The notes under the pieces were generated by a model. The model saw only the letters and a program-made list of their open reading frames with translations, made no database searches and was not told the DNA's origin. The translations under genes and the position numbers were made by a program. A stretch of 64,000 bases of DNA from Tubiluchus corallicola (Eukaryota > Animalia > Priapulida), in NCBI GenBank assembly GCA_030141605.1, contig JAQGDQ010000015.1:1240001-1304000 (forward strand), read 5' to 3'. Below are positions 57,003-64,000 of this stretch, piece by piece; positions within the stretch are counted from its first letter, which is position 1; every line of letters begins with the position of its first letter.

Positions 57003-57597
57003 TATTTAAAGGAAGACAGGATGATTTTCATTATACTAACCCGTTTTCAAGTCCGATAAAAAGTATGCATTTTAACATAATCAATACTACAAAGGCGTTT
57101 CTGATAATTAAATAATAAATTAAAAACTTAATTAACGACGGGTTAGCCCAACTATTGATGACAAACTAACATAACTTTTTATACAACAAAAATATTCCAT
57201 GAGCGTGTTGCACGTGTTGCGCGAAAATTGAAGTACAGTGCTATTGTAAGATATTCAGTGTGTTGTACTAAAACTAGGCAAGTTTTAAGATAAAAATTAA
57301 AATTTCAAATTTACCGCTGTGTTCATACTGGGCTGTCGATGTTTGTGTAGTTTGTCACAAACGAACTCACCTAAACTTAGATGTACAGCGCCTGTTTTTT
57401 GTGCAATGCGTTTCCGAACTAACTACGTTTCAGTGCCCGTCTAACTAACGAATGGCGAAATGCATGTAACAGCGAAGAACTAGTGGCGCGAACATGAAAT
57501 TGTGCGTGTGTGGTAATAATTCTTTCGTAAGTAATTTCTGAAAAAATAGTATGTTTCCTTTCCGTATTTTTTTAACTTACAGTTTAAGATTGGGTCC
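57003..57597. repeat. Dispersed repeat, copy B (inverted copy of 19620-20220)
   Basis: See copy A; begins TTTAAAGGAAGACAGG. Confidence 0.85.
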
Positions 57598-57611
57598 GGT
57601 TTTGCTCTCAG

Positions 57612-58915
57612 ATTCAGCATATAGCAGAATCTTATTGGAAATCAACCGTTTATTTCTTCAATTTTGAAATCATAATAACTTCAAAACTAAAACATCTAGA
57701 ATCACGAAACTTGCGGGGTATGTGACTAACACTAGCATGGTGACCGGTGACTTTGGTTCAAAGGGTCAAGGACACTGGACATCGGTCAGTTTTTTCGATT
57801 ATTACTCAACTCCTCCTAGGGCTTTGAGTTTAATTCATTCTTTTCCACGGGTATATGCGCACCTAGGGTGTTAAGAACCTAGAATTTTTCAAGGGCCGAG
57901 ATAAGAGCCAATGTGAAAATTAAGGCAAACGGCTTAGCAGAATCACGAAATTTACAGGGGTAGGCACCTAACATAGGCAGCCACAAAGTGGTATAGGAAT
58001 GGTGACTTCTGCATCAAAGGTTACACCAGTAGGCCCCAAAATCTGGAAATTAGGGCGATTGACTTTGTCACTCAACTGTTCTTACAATATTGGATTAGGA
58101 GTCACTGTTTATGCATGTATGGGTAACCCAGCAAGAATAGATGAGAATTAAGTATTTTTTTTGAAAACTGGGCGTGACCAGATCACGCGACATAGGGAAA
58201 AGTGTTAAATTGAGGTCTGATGAATAAATCCAAAACTAAAACAGCTAGAGTCATGAAAGTTCCAGAGAAGACACCTGAGCTAGGGGACTAGCACTGACGT
58301 AGTGAACGGTGACCTCGAGTCAAAGGTCAAGGAGACTAGACATTGATCTATTTTTCGTTTGTTGCTCAATTCCTTTTAGGGCTTCAGAACTTTTTCATAG
58401 TATGCCCTGTGGAGTAGAAGTACATTAAATATTTTTGGAAAAATTGTAGTCTAGGAAAGTTCCTGGTTAGGGGCCAAAATGTGAAAATTAGGTTAAACGG
58501 CTTTGTCACTGAACTCCTGTTGCAGTATTGGACTAAGAGTCAATGTGTATTCATGTGTGGGTAGGCCCGTGGGCGTAGATGTGCATTAAGAATTTTTCGA
58601 AAACTGGGTATGGCACGTCACGAACATAGGCGAAAGTGTTAAAATGGGTCTGGTCAATAATTTTATAAGTATACGAGCTATAATCACGAAACTTGCAGGA
58701 TAGGCACCTAATACAGGCTCCTAATAGCTCCACTTACACCATTGGGCTAGTTTTTGAATGTATGCATAGGCTGGTAAGGGTAGATGTGCAGAAGGTATTT
58801 TTCATATTGTGGGCGTGGGCACGTCATGTAACATAGGTAAAAGTGTTAAAATGGGCTTGTAATAAAATGAATTTCTTATGTAATCATGTATGGAGAATTT
58901 AACAATAGCAAAATC
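57612..58915. mobile_element. Modular repeat element related to the one at 25843-27012
   Basis: Starts ATATAGCAGAATCTT (compare CTATAGCAAAATCTT); internal repeated modules (ctagaatcacgaaact, aaagtgttaaa, ggtgac..tcaaagg). Confidence 0.55.
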
Positions 58916-60219
58916 AGGATCTTGAGACAAAGATCAAGTCTGCAACGATTTTTCGCTGTCTTCATCATAATGTAGAATCTTAAGTTTATAACGCGGCCAG
59001 AAACAGCAGCCTATTTCTTTTTTATTTTGAAAATCAAAACAGTTTTGCGCCGAATTCGCATATTTACAGAATACATTTCGTGACAGAAACAAAGTTTGCC
59101 CGCATGGCTGACTATGTTAATAATTGGGGCAAAACAGCACTAGCTTTGTTGACCGAAGCTATTTACTCTGTAAAAAATTCAAACAACATAACCTTGTAAA
59201 GAGCTAAGACAAATGCTACGTGACTTTGATCCTTTCGCACACACTGACACTCGAAATAAGCACTTTATTATATTATGATCGACTGGTGATCACAGATTGA
59301 TCACTTCTGAAAAGGATAGCCGTACACATTGTTTTTAGGGATGTGATGCTTGCAGATATCAGTAAGTGACGCGGCGAGAATGTCATTTACACTCTCGACG
59401 AACTCAGGCAAAATTCTCATCACATACTAAACTTTATGTACTAATTTTTTTTTCATTTTCCATTTTAATAAGTACTTGCAAAGGGAAAAATTCCAAGAAA
59501 AATTTGATTATCTTGATAGAAAAACTATTTTATCTTCATTAATACCTAAACACCTTAATCTATAATGCATTATTATCACACTTATAGTGCGGTTTCACAC
59601 AAGAAGAAATCGCGCCGCATCTGTCGCAATAGTTGTCCGTACCAATCGTAATTACCACTAACGCCGTCACCGTATGTTATGTACCTTAATTATATTAAGT
59701 TAAACAGGCCTATTTTTGCAATTTTTAACCTGTAGGCTGCTGTTACTTCTTGGCGGGGGTAGTAACGGGCGTTGGCATCGAAGAACCTTATTAAAAGCTG
59801 ATAATATATCACTCGTTTGATCCATGTTTTTTAGATATAAGAAAGCCCTTGAATTAAAAAAAGCGGTTTAAATTCCTCAAGAGCATGGTATAGCTAAATA
59901 ACCCATTTTGCTAAATGATACCACTTCCCGCTTAGATCCAAATGGTACCTGAAGTGAGCCCAAACAGGGTGCGTCTGAATAACCTATGTATCCAGATCAC
60001 TTGCGTTAAAATTACAACATACACTGTATTTGGCTTAATTTATTTATAATCCTAAATTTCAAGATTACTATTAATCATTAAACGTTAGAAACAAATACGG
60101 CCGAAATACAGAACACATGACAAAGTCAGGACTGAACTTGAATTTGAACTATGATCCCTTACCCATAGGTGACATATGCGGTATGTGAAACTAAGTACGT
60201 TTCGACTTTGAAGATGAGT

Positions 60220-60440
60220 TTTATGTGTGTTCGAATTACCTACGTGTCACACTAACATATAGGTAAATGGCTTGTGTGCAAAAAATTACATAAGGTAAAC
60301 GACGTTGACTTAGTATCTAAATAAGCTACGTGTTCGAATATCACTTATGTCCAAATTACCTATGGTCCAAAATATCTAGTGTTCAAATGCCCTACACGAC
60401 CAAAATACTTGGTGTCCAAATGTTCCATGTGTCCAAAACG
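60220..60440. repeat. Degenerate ~21-bp tandem array with GTGTCCAA core
   Basis: Direct reading; inverse orientation of 56565-56945. Confidence 0.7.
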
Positions 60441-60442
60441 GG

Positions 60443-61680
60443 GTACACTCGTTTGTCAGAAAAAATTCACAGAAAGCTTTCTTGCCAGAAAAATTTACTT
60501 CCCAGAAAAGAGTTTTTCCAGAATTGTCATTTTCCAGAATTTTTTCCCAGAACCATCATTTAGAAGATAAATTTTACAGAAAATATAAATATTTTTTTAA
60601 AGCGCAGTTATATAATACGCAATAAAAGAAAATTAGTTTACTTTAACTCCGTGTTTTGCTTAATAGGGATCATATGATCAAAAAATCTGGTCAAGGCAAG
60701 AAAGTGGATTTGTAACGTCAGAACTATTGAATAGCGAATCATGTTCATCTTTGCATATATGTAATAGTGAATGATTATGGCGTGTGATTCGTTATCAAGG
60801 TTAAAAAATACTGACTGACAACTAATTTGTTGGGAAACCGCTTAGGAATCTCACTCTTGGGCAGTTACTTTTACGATGATTTTGTTCGCTTCTCGGTATT
60901 TAGAGAAGTTAACCATGCATCCGAATTTGACTGTGACATCTCTGCTTATTCAACATATTATCTCTGAGGTTTATTTTGATGATGAACTGGGATCTAGTCC
61001 TGCACTAAAAGAACCTTTTTTGCAAAGGAACATAATTTTTTAAGCAAATGTTGACCCCAAGATATTTACAAATCTATAATTACGGTTTGCAAAGTCTTGG
61101 CGTTTTCAACAAATAATGCAACACAGATTACTTTGCGCATGCGATTTCATCCTAAAACAGCTTGAAATTGTAATAACGAAGTTTCAAAATAAAATATTTT
61201 TCCAAAATAAAATAAGTTGACCACAAATAACGCTGATTTTTGATAGCATTAGTCAAACCGCTGTAGATAATTTAGGAAAGCAGAAAGAGAAATGACGAAA
61301 GGGGGGACGAGGGAGGGAGAGAGAGACCAACAAGGGAGAGAGACGGTCGAGGGAGAGAGAGGGGGGAAGGAGAGAGCTAGAAGGGGAGGGGAGAGAACGG
61401 GAGAGAATGAGAAAAATGATGAGGAGAGAGAGAAAGAAGGAGAGAGGGTAGGAGCGAGAGGGAGGAAGATAGAGAAGAAGATGTCGTAGTGACTTTTGTG
61501 ATGACAGTAAAACAAAAACAAGAACTTTTCCTTCTGCCATAACGCTAAATTTATTCTTTTCTCGAAGGCGCAATAAACATTTTCTCTCTTCCATATCCAG
61601 TCAACAACTAACTTCCTATTTTTCCTACAGCTATACGTAAATTAATTCACTTTGGCTTCTTTACGGCGGGTGAATCGTGA

Positions 61681-61721
<41 letters not shown>

Positions 61722-62128
61722 CGAAACGGAAAAAGAAGAGAGAGAGAGAAGGAAGGGATGGGAATGAGATAGAAGACACAGAGAGAGATTGAAGAGGAGG
61801 ATGCGAAACGAGTACAGGGGAGTGACAGAGGAAAAAGGAGGAATAGAGAGAGTAAGAAAGACAGACAGGGACGCACAGATGGAGAGAATGAGAGGAGCAG
61901 GAACGGACGGAGGCAAAGAAGAAGCAAAGAGAGAAAGGCTTTATCCTACTAAAATAGCAGATCTTGCAATTAGAAACATAACCATGATTTTCCTGTTGAA
62001 AAATCTTTCTGGAAATGCTTTTTTGTGAAACGAGTTTTCTAGAAAAAATATTTTCTGGGAAAATTTTTCTGATAATTTTTCTGCAAAGTCACTTTTTCTG
62101 TGGAAGAAAATTTCTGGGAAATGGACCT
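60443..62128. mobile_element. Foldback-like element with inverted arrays of ~15-bp subterminal repeats
   Basis: Left array of TTYCCAGAA motifs (60450-60580) and right array of TTCTGGRAA motifs (62000-62122), enclosing GA-rich low-complexity DNA (61285-61935). Confidence 0.6.
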
Positions 62129-64000
62129 AAACTAACTCGACTTACCCACCAACGAACCTACCTACTTTACCTATCTACCTAACAATCTACCTACCTACCT
62201 ACCTACTTACTCTCCAAACCTGCCTATGAAAGTTGAACACAAAGAATACAGTAACTTCAATTGTACTTGACAATGTCATTTTCCATTTTCAAGAAATCGT
62301 TACGTTAGACCCATTTCACAGCGAGGGCGTGCAATGCCTGATGAGAAATTCTGCCGCCTACTAGAACTATGCGTCCTCCTCGTAAGGAATTTTGCCGCGA
62401 AATTCAGTCTTAAATTTAACTACTTAATTACTTTTTTCTTATTTAACGAACAACAATTAGCGCATTTCAGCATAAAATTGTAAGATTTGTTCTCTCTTTT
62501 AACAGACCGACATTTTATGTTTTATTAATGCAAGACCGATGGCTATATTCGTGAAAAATAAAAATAACGCAAGCATATTTTTATTTTATATGTATGTATA
62601 TTTTCAGGTTTTGAATTGGTTAGTAGAACTTTACTAAAAAAACAAACAGGTCTGACATTGCACTGACTAACATTATCAATAATTACTTTGTATTATGAGG
62701 AATACGGCAAGTATAACTTGATTTAGTCATGCTTATATAAAGTATAAAGTCGCAAAATAGCTGCAGCTAAGTTGGTATTGCACCACTGACTGCAGGGATG
62801 TCAATTCTATGGTACGACAGCGAGACATGCACCCTTTCCGCTGATACCGCGGACTCTTTCCACTTAAGTCGCCTTTGTACTAGAAAGGGAGTAACCCATT
62901 CCAATGACTACTATTATCAAGAGGCGCTGTCTTAGTGTCCTCCGCTAACAAACTGGTTTAACTACCTCACATCCTCCACACCCCCGTCTTGCTTGGGTCA
63001 AACAAGTGCATAGGTGTAACACATTATGAAGTACCTCTCTATTGGCTAAGCTTCCTTCCATGATCTGGTTGCCACTGCCACTTAAGAGGCCAAGCACGCA
63101 AGTAAAATAAGAAGCAGTGGTGCTCTAAATGACCTGACAATGGCGTTGTGACGTCGCAGTCAGACATTAACCCATAATTTCCTTCTAGGATCGATTGTTT
63201 ACGAGAAGCAGTCGACTTTCGACTTCTATAGGCACCATCTAGACCATTATATGCCAAGGAAATGATGTCATTGGACACTGATGATATGCAAGGCCAATCA
63301 CTAACTGATTTTTGATTTCTATTGCAAGCACTGATAACGAAAAATCAATTTTCGTGACCATTGTCAGCAACAATGAAGCAGTGATACGTCATAGCAGTAT
63401 TTGACGTCACCATGAGATAACAGGTGAAAAACGACAACATTTTTGGAATCTTCTGGTTGACTTTCCTCTCAGTCAATGATATATATTTTACCGCAGGTGT
63501 CATCTTGGATTTATGCATATATCTCAAAGGTACTAAAGCGAGTACCTAAAACCACATTCTAAAACAGAATCTGAAGGGAAAAATTCTATAGCAATATGTT
63601 CTAGGTACCTTGGTACTTGGGTTACTTGGAGCTATCGTTACCGACGTAAAACGTTTCAATTTTTCAGTAAAGACGCGACTCTGCAGGAAGTACGCCTATA
63701 TTGTGGCTACCGGTTACTATGATTATGTGAATGAAACGTGTGAACTTATGACGCCGCATATGTTTCTATAGCAACTACGTCTTTTTGTTTGGAAACGGAA
63801 AATTTGCTCGGCATTGCAAATAAAGAGTACTTGGATATGGCACGCCTGCTTTTTATAACTGCCCAGTTTGTGATTATAGCAGATAACAGGTACAGTACAA
63901 ACATGGTTATTTTGACATTTCCACAGTACATCTCAATCGTTGACTACCAAATTGAAACTGTCACGTGAAACCACGACATTTTATGTGCTATGCACTAAGA

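Noticed and set aside
63039-63527. Short minus-strand ORFs in a GC-richer patch
   Set aside because: No recognisable motif or consistent splice structure; possibly a TE remnant but unsupported.

Overview
AT-rich eukaryotic DNA, probably from an invertebrate animal (spliceosomal GT-AG introns, microsatellites, many TE remnants). Five host genes can be built by eye: an intronless DIPK1/FAM69-family kinase-like gene (-), a pancreatic-lipase-family gene (-), a 6-exon CYP2-clan P450 (-) and two tandem 4-exon secreted S1 serine proteases (+). The most striking feature is a P-element/THAP transposon whose real boundaries (8-bp TSD ATTAAGTT) are 49144-54907. It has two left ends. Between the outer end (49144) and the inner end (51600) lies about 2.4 kb of cargo carrying two spliceable NME7-like exons, next to an intact 843-aa transposase, which suggests a gene-capturing compound P element. 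The proteases are also unusual: paralog 1 has three VVGG/VIGG activation-like motifs in tandem, neither has a basic activation site, the S1/214-216 residues are non-canonical, and a 254-bp tract is almost identical between otherwise diverged paralogs. All calls come from manual reading and motif recall; no database search was run.
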